A stretch of 64,000 nt of DNA from a virus: positions 1-64,000 of the IMG/VR virus record IMGVR_UViG_3300006028_000010; one strand, 5' to 3'. The translations under genes were made by a program, and so were the position numbers. Positions 37,300 to 46,331 of the stretch are shown piece by piece. The stretch's first letter is position 1, and each line of letters begins with the position of its first letter. The notes below the pieces were generated by a model. The model did no database searches. It saw only the letters and a list, made by a program, of their open reading frames with translations, and was not told the DNA's origin.

Positions 37300-37407
37300 C
37301 CAAACGCCCAGGTCAGAGGCCGAGTTAAGGGCAGACGTCACCGTTAGGTGATAAGATCGGCCCGTACGCACGCCCATGATCACCGTTCGATCGAGGGCGT
37401 AATAAGA

Positions 37408-37465
37408 GACCCCGGCAACGGCGGCAACCGTCCCGGGGCGTGGCCGACTGGTAGGAGTCGACGTG
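37408..37465 (+). promoter_or_regulatory. structured 5' leader, copy 1, with RBS-occluding hairpin
   Basis: CCCCGG/CCGGGG outer stem, ACGG/CCGT inner stem, GACT-GGTAGG-AGTC hairpin; homologous to 63672-63735. Confidence 0.65.
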
Positions 37466-38173
37466 GGCAACAGTAAGACGAAGGTGAACCGACCGACCCC
37501 CTCTGTTGTCTTTCAGATAGACGAGTTCACCTACGAGGGGCACCCTGTGCGGACGGTGGTCCTTGACGATCAGCCCTGGTTCGTCGCATACGACGTGTGC
37601 CGGATCACCGGGTGGAACCTCATGACTGCTGTATGGTCAGTTCACGGTGATGACCGGTACAGCATCCCCGCGCGATGCCTAGGAACGGGTCAGGCTCATC
37701 TGCGGATCACTGGCGACGATGCGGTCTGGTTCTTCTCCGAGTATGGCCTTCATGACGTCGTGTTTCGCAGCGGCGATCCCTACAGGAAGAACTTCCGGCG
37801 TTGGATCATCGGCGAGCTGCTTCCAACCATCGCGGCACGAGGACTGCCTTCAACTAACAGAACGGACCTGCCGGCGCGTCGCCACAAAGTGACGGTCAGC
37901 AAGAGCGATCAGCGTCGCCAGAAGGTGGATCCCCTGTGGCGCAAGCCGCACGCTCTGTATCGCTTGTTCACCGACCGCTGCGATCTGTTGTATGTGGGCA
38001 TATCACTATCGGCGCTTCAACGGATGAGTTCGCACCGGGCACGACAGCCATGGTGGCACGAAGTGGCATCGATCGAGATCGAGTACTACCCGACTAGGCA
38101 AGCCGTACTTAGTGCTGAGAGACAGGCGATCCGCACGGAGCATCCCAGGTACAACGTCGCGCTCGTGAGTTAG
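37463..38173 (+). CDS. BRO-N antirepressor domain fused to a GIY-YIG nuclease domain
   Basis: F.YEG..VR......PWFVA.DVC...SEYGL...FRRWI..E.LP.I; ALYRLF...LLYVGIS...R...H...E..AI..E.P.YN. Confidence 0.85.
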   Translation: MGNSKTKVNRPTPSVVFQIDEFTYEGHPVRTVVLDDQPWFVAYDVCRITGWNLMTAVWSVHGDDRYSIPARCLGTGQAHLRITGDDAVWFFSEYGLHDVVFRSGDPYRKNFRRWIIGELLPTIAARGLPSTNRTDLPARRHKVTVSKSDQRRQKVDPLWRKPHALYRLFTDRCDLLYVGISLSALQRMSSHRARQPWWHEVASIEIEYYPTRQAVLSAERQAIRTEHPRYNVALVS

Positions 38174-38188
38174 CAGGGGGGGTCAACC

Positions 38189-39451
38189 ATGCCGAACAGT
38201 CGTTTGCGTCCAGGCGAGCCGCCGCGCACCGTCCGTTTCGACGAACGCACTCGCACGCTTGCGGACGGCACCACCAAGACCGTTATCCGTGCGCGGGCCT
38301 ACGTGTGCAACCTTCAGGGCCGCCGCGTGGAGTGCTCCGCGAGCGCGGCCACACAGAAACAAGCCGAACGCAAGCTCCGTCACCTCATTGCTGAAACCTT
38401 CTCCAGTCGTCGACCGACCATCAACGGCCAGACCCGCTTGCGCGCGTTCGCTGAGGTCATGTTCGACGAGAAACGCGCCATGGTCGCCGAAGCCCAGATG
38501 TCACCCGGCTCCCTACGGACTTATGAAGGGCACTGGCGGCGACACATCGAACCCGAACTCGGGGACCTCGCCGTCGAGTGGGTCGGCGTGCAACGCTGCG
38601 ACCGGTTCCTGAAAACCCTGCGGGCCGCACACGGCTATGCCACCGTGAAAGGCGTCCGCTCGGTGCTGTCAGAGATCCTCGCGGTCGCCGTGCGGCATGA
38701 GGTCATCCCCCGTAACCCCATCGAAGGCTGCGCCGACATCCACGGCGACGGCCGGCGCCGCATCAAAGCCCTCGAGGCCGGGGAGGCGGTGCACATTTGG
38801 CGGTTACTGTCAGACCTTGCCCGCACCCCCGCGCCGGCGGTGAACAACCGGCGTTACCGGGCGATGATGTGCGAGGCGTTCATCCCTGATCTGTGGTTGT
38901 GGATGCTCGGCACCGGGGACCGGATCTCTAACGCCCTCGCTGTCCGCTGGCCCTTGATCGACATGGTCAACGGGACCGCGCGCCTCGGCCCGAACGTGAT
39001 CCGGGTCCCCGGCGAAGGTTTACGGATCAACGAGGGCACCAGCAAAAGCCAGGAAGTTGAGGGCGTTGATCTGCCTGAGCAGGTGATCGCGATGCTGCTC
39101 GCCCGCCAACAACGGGATGACTACAACCCGAAGGGGCTGGTGTTCCCCGGCCGGTTCGGGGAGCTTCGTGACCCGTCGAACGTGTCCAGCAAGCAGCTAC
39201 GGCCAGCGTTGAAAGCGATCGGTTACGGGCATGTGTCGTCGCATTGGTGCCGCCGCACCCTCGGGTCGGAACTGAACGCCGCTGGGTGCACCTTGATGGA
39301 GATCGCTGGTCGTCTCCGTCACTCCGATTCGCGGACGACTGAACGTCACTACATCGCTAAACGGGGCGGTAACTCCCGCGTCAAGGCCGCGATCGAGGCC
39401 ATGCTGGACACCGATCCTGAACAAACCGTGATCACATTGAACCGCAACTAG
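38189..39451 (+). CDS. int: phage tyrosine integrase
   Basis: TGDRISNAL (R), SKS (K), HWCR, LRH, HY; adjacent to attP. Confidence 0.92.
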   Translation: MPNSRLRPGEPPRTVRFDERTRTLADGTTKTVIRARAYVCNLQGRRVECSASAATQKQAERKLRHLIAETFSSRRPTINGQTRLRAFAEVMFDEKRAMVAEAQMSPGSLRTYEGHWRRHIEPELGDLAVEWVGVQRCDRFLKTLRAAHGYATVKGVRSVLSEILAVAVRHEVIPRNPIEGCADIHGDGRRRIKALEAGEAVHIWRLLSDLARTPAPAVNNRRYRAMMCEAFIPDLWLWMLGTGDRISNALAVRWPLIDMVNGTARLGPNVIRVPGEGLRINEGTSKSQEVEGVDLPEQVIAMLLARQQRDDYNPKGLVFPGRFGELRDPSNVSSKQLRPALKAIGYGHVSSHWCRRTLGSELNAAGCTLMEIAGRLRHSDSRTTERHYIAKRGGNSRVKAAIEAMLDTDPEQTVITLNRN

Positions 39452-39471
39452 GGAAAGGAGGCCACTAGCCG

Positions 39472-39981
39472 ATGCAGACCTGGACAACTGTGGCGGATAA
39501 AGCTGCTTGGGGCGATGGCCCGTGGGTGGATGAGCCCGACAAGGTGCAATGGGTCGACCAGGCAACCGGTCTAACATGCCTAGCGAAGCGCAGCGGGACG
39601 TCTGGGAGTTGGTGCGGTTACGTCGGTGTCCATGCCGATCACCCACTCCACGGCCGTGACTACGACTCGGATGCCGCTGGGCACCTCGAGGTGCATGGTG
39701 GCCTCACGTACGCGGACGGCTGTCAGGAAGACGAACGGCCTATTGAACACCGCGTGTGCCACATCCCGGCACCCGGTGAGCCGGATGACGTGTGGTGGTT
39801 CGGTTTCGACTGCGCGCACTGCAGGGATTACAGCCCAGCGATGGCTGCCTGCATGACCGCGGTGGGGGTGCCCTATGACCGTTTATACGGTGAGGAGTAC
39901 CGCACCTTGGCGTACGTGCAGGCGGAATGCGCGGATCTTGCTAAGCAACTCGCTGACGTAGCGGCAGGAGACGCGTCATGA
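39472..39981 (+). CDS. conserved phage hypothetical protein
   Basis: WCGYV...HP...VHGGLTY...WWFGFDCAH...Y.T..YV..EC..LA.QL. Confidence 0.8.
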   Translation: MQTWTTVADKAAWGDGPWVDEPDKVQWVDQATGLTCLAKRSGTSGSWCGYVGVHADHPLHGRDYDSDAAGHLEVHGGLTYADGCQEDERPIEHRVCHIPAPGEPDDVWWFGFDCAHCRDYSPAMAACMTAVGVPYDRLYGEEYRTLAYVQAECADLAKQLADVAAGDAS

Positions 39982-39987
39982 TCCTGG

Positions 39988-40206
39988 TCAATGGTGAATT
40001 GTGTTCGTTGGTGGAGGCGTTGGAGCGTGTGCGCCGCTGGTTCGGGGTGGTGTCGGGGCCGGTGTTGTCGTCGGAGAGGCCATGAATGGCTGACATAGCG
40101 GCAGTGGCGCTCCCTCGCAACAGCTCGCGCGATGAAAACAGTTAGGGCAGCGCCAGCGATACCTGATCGGGTCAAACTGCCGGTTGCACTGGAGGCAGGT
40201 CTCCAC
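39988..40206 (-). CDS. small Zn-finger protein
   Basis: CLQC...RWRCPNC...SCCEG. Confidence 0.45.
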   Translation of the reverse strand: METCLQCNRQFDPIRYRWRCPNCFHRASCCEGAPLPLCQPFMASPTTTPAPTPPRTSGAHAPTPPPTNTIHH

Positions 40207-40211
40207 GGGCT

Positions 40212-40361
40212 CTACAGCACCGTGTGCAGCAGCAGGATGATCCCGGTGACCGCGAACAGGACGACGCCGATCAGGGCGAGCAGGGCGAGTTTGATGACGA
40301 ACCCGAAGATCGCTAACGCAAGCCACACGAGGAGCGCGACGAGGATGAGGGGGAGCATCAT
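40212..40361 (-). CDS. small hydrophobic membrane peptide (49 aa)
   Basis: MMLPLILVALLVWLALAIFGFVIKLALLALIGVVLFAVTG. Confidence 0.6.
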   Translation of the reverse strand: MMLPLILVALLVWLALAIFGFVIKLALLALIGVVLFAVTGIILLLHTVL

Positions 40362-40549
40362 CGGTCACCGGTGGTGGTGAAGCTGGTGTTGACTGTGACG
40401 TAGCGCCAGGCGAACACACCGGCGGCGGTGATGAGGGCGACGGCGGGTGCCCATTTGGCGGCGTTGCGTAGGTGTGGGTGTTTGGGTTGTTGGGGGTGGA
40501 GTTGGTTGAGCGCGTCGCGGACGTGTCGGCGCGTTGTGCGTTTGCTCAA
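40358..40549 (-). CDS. small membrane protein
   Basis: GAAGGA RBS and TTG start; one TM helix; true start may be further upstream. Confidence 0.45.
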   Translation of the reverse strand: MSKRTTRRHVRDALNQLHPQQPKHPHLRNAAKWAPAVALITAAGVFAWRYVTVNTSFTTTGDR

Positions 40550-40794
40550 GTGTGTTCCTTCCGGGCCCGGCTCTCTGTTTGTGGTAGTTGGCTCGCCGGT
40601 CGGGGCGGTGGTGGCTGGCCATTTAACCGAGGTGGTCCAAGTCTCTCGCCGGTTGGACACGATGACCCCGTAAACCGGGTCGTCCGCTCCGGGATTGAGG
40701 ACGATGAGCCCAGGGCCGCCCTGGGGTAGCGCGCCCATCTCACTGTCCGGGGCGCGGGGTATTTGACAACTGGGTGTCTTTCCGTCTGGTCGTG

Positions 40795-40836
40795 GGTCGG
40801 TCGCGTGCCGCTCAGACGAGGGACACGCGACCGACC
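40795..40836. terminator. 13-bp perfect hairpin downstream of the late operon
   Basis: GGTCGGTCGCGTG...CACGCGACCGACC. Confidence 0.55.
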
Positions 40837-40874
40837 TGGGGGAGGATCTTTTAACCCGACCTAGCTGGGTGTTT

Positions 40875-41342
40875 TTACTGAGCGACGGGCGCACCGGTGG
40901 TGATCGTGAGGCTCGTGGCGTCACCAGCGGTCACATCGACCGCCAACGTGCCTTGAAGATCCCCACCGGGACTGTCGGGCCAGTCCGCTGTGATCACGGT
41001 AGAGCCTGGGTTGCCGGCGACGACCCAGACTGTGCCGTCCGGGTCTGTGGTGATCGTGGCGATCGTGGGGTCTGCTGAGGTGAAGGTGACGTCGGTAACG
41101 GAAGCGGTGACTTGACCTTTCGCGTCTTCAGCGGTGACGGTGATCGGCGCTTTTTCGGTGTCTTTCATCGTGTCTCCTTCGTTGTTTGTTGGTTGCCTGG
41201 TTGTTTGGTCAATCGTTGGTCCGCGGTTGAGGGTGAGTCGGATGGGTGCGGTGAGCCAGCAGAAGTAGAGGTTCGCGGTGCGCAGCACCCGGCGTGGGTT
41301 GCATGGCCCGAAGTCGTTTCTGTGTGAGAGCGCCGCGTACAT
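40875..41342 (-). CDS. Ig-like (Big-type) domain protein
   Basis: ITVTAEDAKG...VTFTSADPTIATI...V.AG..G...IT; alternative start at 41168 has a GAAGGAG RBS. Confidence 0.65.
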   Translation of the reverse strand: MYAALSHRNDFGPCNPRRVLRTANLYFCWLTAPIRLTLNRGPTIDQTTRQPTNNEGDTMKDTEKAPITVTAEDAKGQVTASVTDVTFTSADPTIATITTDPDGTVWVVAGNPGSTVITADWPDSPGGDLQGTLAVDVTAGDATSLTITTGAPVAQ

Positions 41343-41468
41343 GAGCGCGTAGTTACGTTCATCGCTGTAGTCGGTGATCCCTGATCCCTCCCTTCGCGAG
41401 TTCTGGTGTGTCGGGAGGTTACTTCCCGCTGGGGGTGAGGCCGGTGGCGGCGAACCAGTTGGGCATGG

Positions 41469-42422
41469 TCAGATCCCTTTAGCCCGTCGCCAGGTGTTGA
41501 TGGCGTCGGCGATGTTCTGCGTCCACGGATGCCAGCCCTGCGTCGCCCAGGGTCCGACAGCGGTGACGAGGGCCTGGTCGGCGGCGTCAACAACAGGCGT
41601 GGGGGTTGGTGTGGGGGTTGGTGCGACAGGGAACGGTCCAGGCTGCCCGGTCAACTGCTGGAACGCGGCATTAAGCGCCACCACGTCCAGCCCTTGCGGG
41701 GCCTTATTAGCGCTGATCCACTCAAATGAGACCGGAGCCCACGCTTCTTCCATATAACGCGCCCAGAACCTGGGGGTAACATGTTGCAATCGTCCCCATG
41801 TCGTTACCACCAAATCCTGCCCGTTCACGTTGCAACCTAGATGGACGCAGTGACCACCAGCAATACCCCCGTCATTAGGGACCACATCCCAGGGTTGCCC
41901 GTTGCGGAATTGCTGAAGGGCGGAGTTGGGGCAGTTGAGGCCCACATAGAGTCCACCGAATAGATACAACGCGGCTTTGAGTTCGACCAAGTCCGTGACG
42001 TTGATCTCAAAAAACGCGCCGATCCTGTGCCCGCCGATCCCGGTTTTGCGCCAGATGTTGAGGCAGTCCTGCATTACCGCGCCGCTGTCACTGCTGGGAT
42101 TGTTTGGATTGTACCCGGAGCACAGTTCGTAGAAGGTGAGGACATCCTGGTCTGTCGGTGTTGCGGTCACACCGGAACCATACGTAGTCCACGCCTCGGT
42201 GCAGTGGCATGCGGCTGATGCTGTGCAGCACCCGAGACGGTCGTTCAACGCCATCGGCCACGTTTTCACCGACGACAGATAATCAACAGTTGGGGGAACT
42301 TGGCCGGTGTACTCGGCTCTAAGGAACGGGCTGAGCCTAAGCCGAGGCTTCGTTGGGTCGTTCGGTAAACGACCGAATTTCAATTCTGGGTAGTGAGTAC
42401 CAATATGTGGGGGTGTTGGCAT
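41469..42422 (-). CDS. papain/C1-like cysteine peptidase
   Basis: PPTVDY...ND.LGCCT (Cys), GGHCV (His), VTTWG. Confidence 0.7.
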   Translation of the reverse strand: MPTPPHIGTHYPELKFGRLPNDPTKPRLRLSPFLRAEYTGQVPPTVDYLSSVKTWPMALNDRLGCCTASAACHCTEAWTTYGSGVTATPTDQDVLTFYELCSGYNPNNPSSDSGAVMQDCLNIWRKTGIGGHRIGAFFEINVTDLVELKAALYLFGGLYVGLNCPNSALQQFRNGQPWDVVPNDGGIAGGHCVHLGCNVNGQDLVVTTWGRLQHVTPRFWARYMEEAWAPVSFEWISANKAPQGLDVVALNAAFQQLTGQPGPFPVAPTPTPTPTPVVDAADQALVTAVGPWATQGWHPWTQNIADAINTWRRAKGI

Positions 42423-42474
42423 TGTGACCCCTTCGCATGTTGAGTGGTCCGACGCGGAATACCGCACCAGGTGG

Positions 42475-43230
42475 TTATCCTTTGAAGCCGGCGCGGGTTA
42501 ACGCTGCGATGGTCTGGGGTCCGATGTCTCTACCGTCCGCGCCGGTGATGCCCACTCGCCGCTGAAATTCGGCGATGACCGCTCGGGTCATGTCCCCGTA
42601 GTATCCGGTCACTGGTAGTTTGCTGTATGACGCGTAGTTCGCGTTGAGCCAGGTTTGTAGGCGCCGGATTTCGTCGCTGGTCTGGCCGTAGTGCATCTCA
42701 ATGATCGGGCCTGGCTGCGGTGGCGGCGGCGGGTGGTTGCCGCCCGGGTTGGCGTACGCCATGAACACGTCCCACGGGAAATTCGGGCCGGGGTCGGTGT
42801 GCGTTCCATCGTTTTTTCCGAGGGTCCAGTCCCAGTGCCCGCAGATACCTGAGTGGTCCGCGCCGACTTGCGCTGGGGTGAGTTTCACCGCCGGGATGCC
42901 CCACTTGGCGCACCATGCGCGGGCGACGGCGGCGGCGGAGCGGAGCATCCGGTCGTGGGCTAGCCATTCGGAGCGGGGCCATTTCGCGAACCCTGTGAAG
43001 CAAACTTGGAGTGATCTGTGGTTGCCGGACAGCATCGCCCATGCTGCGACGTCGTCGGGTAGGTATTGGATGGTGGTGGTGTCGTCGACGATGACGTGGT
43101 AGGAGGCTTCGACGCCTGGCTGGTCCAAGTAGTTGACTAGGCCCGCTGCTGTGGTCGCGCCTTCCGCAGTGTGCACGCTGATGAGGCTGATGGGGGTGCC
43201 TTGGCGGTTTTCGCAGCCTCGGGGTATCAC
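42475..43230 (-). CDS. endolysin: N-acetylmuramoyl-L-alanine amidase with peptidoglycan-binding domain
   Basis: VHTAE, ASYH, AW, CGH, HTDPG.NFPW; C-terminal G..SDEIRRLQ..LN...G.YG..T...EFQRR.G. Confidence 0.92.
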   Translation of the reverse strand: MIPRGCENRQGTPISLISVHTAEGATTAAGLVNYLDQPGVEASYHVIVDDTTTIQYLPDDVAAWAMLSGNHRSLQVCFTGFAKWPRSEWLAHDRMLRSAAAVARAWCAKWGIPAVKLTPAQVGADHSGICGHWDWTLGKNDGTHTDPGPNFPWDVFMAYANPGGNHPPPPPQPGPIIEMHYGQTSDEIRRLQTWLNANYASYSKLPVTGYYGDMTRAVIAEFQRRVGITGADGRDIGPQTIAALTRAGFKG

Positions 43231-43451
43231 CGGAGGTGTCCTTGAGGTGGCGGCGCTGGGGGTGTGTTGGGTATTTGGTGTACGCCGAGCGCGCCGAGCG
43301 CGGCGGTGGCGATGATGAGCCATCCGGCGGTGGTGAATCCGCCGGCGATGTTGACGGCTTGCGCGGCGGTGAGTGCGGCGAAGAGGACCGCGACCACGGT
43401 TTTCGAGTAAGGGCGTAGGTCCCACGCGGGCGGGCTGGGCACAAGGATCAC
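43227..43451 (-). CDS. holin
   Basis: 74 aa, two TM helices, Y.K..VA...A.LGALGV..PN; coupled to the endolysin. Confidence 0.75.
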   Translation of the reverse strand: MILVPSPPAWDLRPYSKTVVAVLFAALTAAQAVNIAGGFTTAGWLIIATAALGALGVHQIPNTPPAPPPQGHLR

Positions 43452-43457
43452 TCCCGG

Positions 43458-43850
43458 TTAGTGGGTGATGAGGGGGTCGAGGGCGACGGTGCCTTCGGCG
43501 AGGCACGCTGGTTCGTCTTGGGCGTGGGTGAGGAAGCAGTCCCAGGACGCGAGCCCGGGGAAGGTGAGCGCGGCGGTTTGCGCGCCGGTGATGACCAGCG
43601 TCAGGGTTGAGGTGAGGGTGACCGTGGAGTAGGTCAAAGCGGCGGCGCCGGTCTCTTCCCCGGGGGTGGTGTTCCATTCGAACAGGGCCGGGCCGCCACC
43701 GGCCCGGATTTGGGCGCGTGCCCCGTATCCGGTGGGGTCGGTGATGGCTGCGCCTAGCCGGTCGACGACGGTGAGGGTGATCACGGCCCCGGCGCCCTGT
43801 TTGAGGACCAGGTTGAGGTTGAGGATCGTCGGCGCGAGAAGGGTGGACAC
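43458..43850 (-). CDS. phage virion-associated beta-sandwich protein
   Basis: LNL...QG...D.TGY.ARAQIR...WD...L.EG.V...IT. Confidence 0.7.
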   Translation of the reverse strand: MSTLLAPTILNLNLVLKQGAGAVITLTVVDRLGAAITDPTGYGARAQIRAGGGPALFEWNTTPGEETGAAALTYSTVTLTSTLTLVITGAQTAALTFPGLASWDCFLTHAQDEPACLAEGTVALDPLITH

Positions 43851-43865
43851 GGGGGGCTCCTCGCG

Positions 43866-46316
43866 TTAGACGTACGCGGCGGATGGGGCGGTGGGGGTGT
43901 CGGCGAGTGCTGCGGTGGCGCACCCGGTTGTTGATTCGGTGGTGGTGTTGGTGGCCGAGGCGGCGACGATTGTGACGCGGCCGTTGGTTGCGGTGGCTGC
44001 GCCGGCGAGGGCGGCGGTGATGCTGTGGTTCCCGACCAGTTCGGCGTTGGACACGCCGCTACTGGTGACGACCAGTTCCCCGTTGGTGGCGGAGCTGAGG
44101 ATCGTGACCCGGCCGTTGATTCCAGCTGCGGTGACGCTGATGCCACCGGCGGTGGCCAGCGGGGGCCAGGCCGCGGGGTGGGAAACCACCGCGTGTCCGT
44201 GGGCGTTGTCGGCGCTGGCGGCGATGTCGTCGCTGACTGGCCGTGCTTGGGTGGTGAGCCAACGAATGGCGGTGTCGGTGGTGGTGGCAGCGTCTGCGGC
44301 GAGGGAGAGCAGGGGGGCGCGGTAATAGGCGCTGGACACAACGTCAGCGGCGACGGCTTGGTCGGTGCTGGTGTCACGAAGCAGGTCTTGTGTACGGGTC
44401 GTGGTGTCGTCGCCAGCCCCGGTGATGTCGGTGGCGGCGCGGTAGGTTACCCCGGACGCGGCACCGGCCGTGTCCGTTGCGGTGGCGGCGTCGCTGACCA
44501 CCCGGCTGCTGACGGTGGCCGCGCTGGCGCTGTCCCCAGCGGGAGCGGTATCGCCGCTGGCTACCCGATTGCTGATGGTCGCGCTGGCGGCGCTGTCCAA
44601 AGCCGAAGCGGTGTCGTTGACCACCCGGCTGCTGACGGTGGTCGCGCTGGTGCTGCTTTCCCCAGAGGAAGCGGTATCGCTGATCGGGCGCCCGGCACCC
44701 GTAACGGGAGTAACAACATCGGCGGAGGTCGCGGTGTCGGCGCGGTCGCGTGCCGCAGTGTTTGACCGGGTTGCGGCGTCGCTGGTGACAGCGGCGTCAC
44801 CAAGGGCGCGGTCTTGGAGACCGCTAGATGATGAGGTGCTGACGAATTCCGTGGCGGGCGCGGTGCCCGATGTTTCGCGTAACACGATCAGGGCGCGACC
44901 GGCGCCGTCTGCGGCGGTGCCGCTGTCCGTGACAGCGCGGGTAACGGTCAGACCGCGGCTGGTGGCTTCTACGAATGCTGCTGTGGAATCGGCGGTGCTG
45001 CGGGCAAGGGACCGCGGGGAGCGGGTTGCGGTGTCAGCGGTATTCGCCGAGTCGGCGCAGCCGCGTACCCGGGTGGGGATACTGCGGGCGGCAACGTCGA
45101 GGAAAGCGGCTGCCGTGTCCGGGGTGGCGCGGGCCTCAGATAGCGGCGAGTGAACGGCGGTGTCCGCGGCAGCGGCGATGTCAGCGGCAACACGCGCCCG
45201 GACCGGGGCGCTACGCGCGGTCGTGTCAGCGCCCAACGCGCTCTCAACGGTGGCTCTGCCGAAAGCCTGGGTTGCGCGGCTTTCGGTGTCCGCGCCCGCA
45301 GCGGTGTTGTCCGTGGCCACGCGAACCAGGGCGAAGGCGCGGGACGAGGCGTCTGAGGCGGTCGCGGTGTCCAGCGACGCGATGCGGACTTTGGTGCCAG
45401 CGCTGCGGGTAACGCTATCGGTGGCCGTGGTGATGTCAGTGCTGACCCGCGCCCAGGTGGCGCCGCCGCGGGTGGCGCCGTCCGCGGCTGTCGCCGTGTC
45501 CGGGGCGGCGCGGGTACTAGATCGCGATGAGCGGGCCGCGGTGTCAGCGACGGCAGCGCTATCAGCAACGGAACGCGCCCAGCCCACGAGTGCGCGGCCA
45601 ATCGCATCAACAACAGGTGCGCTGTCAATACCCAACCTGGGTAGAACCGGAGTTGCCCGGGTGGCGGTTTCCGTTGCTTGCGCGGTGTCCGCAATGACCG
45701 CTCGGATCAGGGCGAAGGCGCGGGCCACGGCGTCGGTGGTGGGCGCCTGATCTGAAGTAGTACGCGATTTGGCGGCGCCGCAGGTCACAGCGTCCGTGGC
45801 TGTCGCAGTGTCGGCGCGGGCACGGGTGAAACTCAGCGCCGAGCGGGCGGGGGCATCCGACGCGGCGGACGTGTCCCCAGCAGCCCCGGCTTTAACCGAA
45901 ACCCGTGTCGCGGTGTCCGTTGCGGTGGCGGTGTCCGTCGTGACGCGGGTGAGGGTTGACGCTGCCCGGCTGGTGGCGTCAACAGCGCCGCCAATGTCCG
46001 TGGCGGCGCGGGAACCCGCAGCGCCCCGGGTTGCCGCGTCGGTGCCCGTCGTTGCGTCCGCGACGGTGCGGGTGACTTGAGTGGTTCTCCCCGCCGCGTC
46101 GGTAGCTGGCGCGTTTTCGCCGTCAGGGCGGGTTTTTAATCCTGCGACCCCGGTGACGGAATCCGTCGCTAGGGTCGTATCAACCACGGTCCGGGTTTTC
46201 GCGGCAAACCTTGACACGGAATCAGTCGCTGACGCCGTATCGGTTGCCGTCGCAGTAACAGTGCGCGCCGCTAGGGGAAGCCAGTGAGCGTGATAATGCT
46301 TGACCGCCACGGTCAA
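43866..46316 (-). CDS. 816-aa Ala/Thr/Asp/Arg-rich repeat protein (putative fibre scaffold)
   Basis: ~20-21-aa repeat R...D.A.A.D...R; C-terminal PAAWPPLAT. Confidence 0.8.
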   Translation of the reverse strand: MTVAVKHYHAHWLPLAARTVTATATDTASATDSVSRFAAKTRTVVDTTLATDSVTGVAGLKTRPDGENAPATDAAGRTTQVTRTVADATTGTDAATRGAAGSRAATDIGGAVDATSRAASTLTRVTTDTATATDTATRVSVKAGAAGDTSAASDAPARSALSFTRARADTATATDAVTCGAAKSRTTSDQAPTTDAVARAFALIRAVIADTAQATETATRATPVLPRLGIDSAPVVDAIGRALVGWARSVADSAAVADTAARSSRSSTRAAPDTATAADGATRGGATWARVSTDITTATDSVTRSAGTKVRIASLDTATASDASSRAFALVRVATDNTAAGADTESRATQAFGRATVESALGADTTARSAPVRARVAADIAAAADTAVHSPLSEARATPDTAAAFLDVAARSIPTRVRGCADSANTADTATRSPRSLARSTADSTAAFVEATSRGLTVTRAVTDSGTAADGAGRALIVLRETSGTAPATEFVSTSSSSGLQDRALGDAAVTSDAATRSNTAARDRADTATSADVVTPVTGAGRPISDTASSGESSTSATTVSSRVVNDTASALDSAASATISNRVASGDTAPAGDSASAATVSSRVVSDAATATDTAGAASGVTYRAATDITGAGDDTTTRTQDLLRDTSTDQAVAADVVSSAYYRAPLLSLAADAATTTDTAIRWLTTQARPVSDDIAASADNAHGHAVVSHPAAWPPLATAGGISVTAAGINGRVTILSSATNGELVVTSSGVSNAELVGNHSITAALAGAATATNGRVTIVAASATNTTTESTTGCATAALADTPTAPSAAYV

Positions 46317-46331
46317 CCCCCGGAGGTCAGG

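Noticed and set aside
37228-37300. Complete tRNA gene
   Set aside because: Only the 3' half is tRNA-like; upstream sequence cannot form the D-arm or pair with the acceptor strand, so it is treated as the attP core
42475-43923. 482-aa endolysin as given in the ORF track
   Set aside because: The first ~230 codons overlap the holin and 43458..43850 in other frames; the likely start is the GTG at 43230
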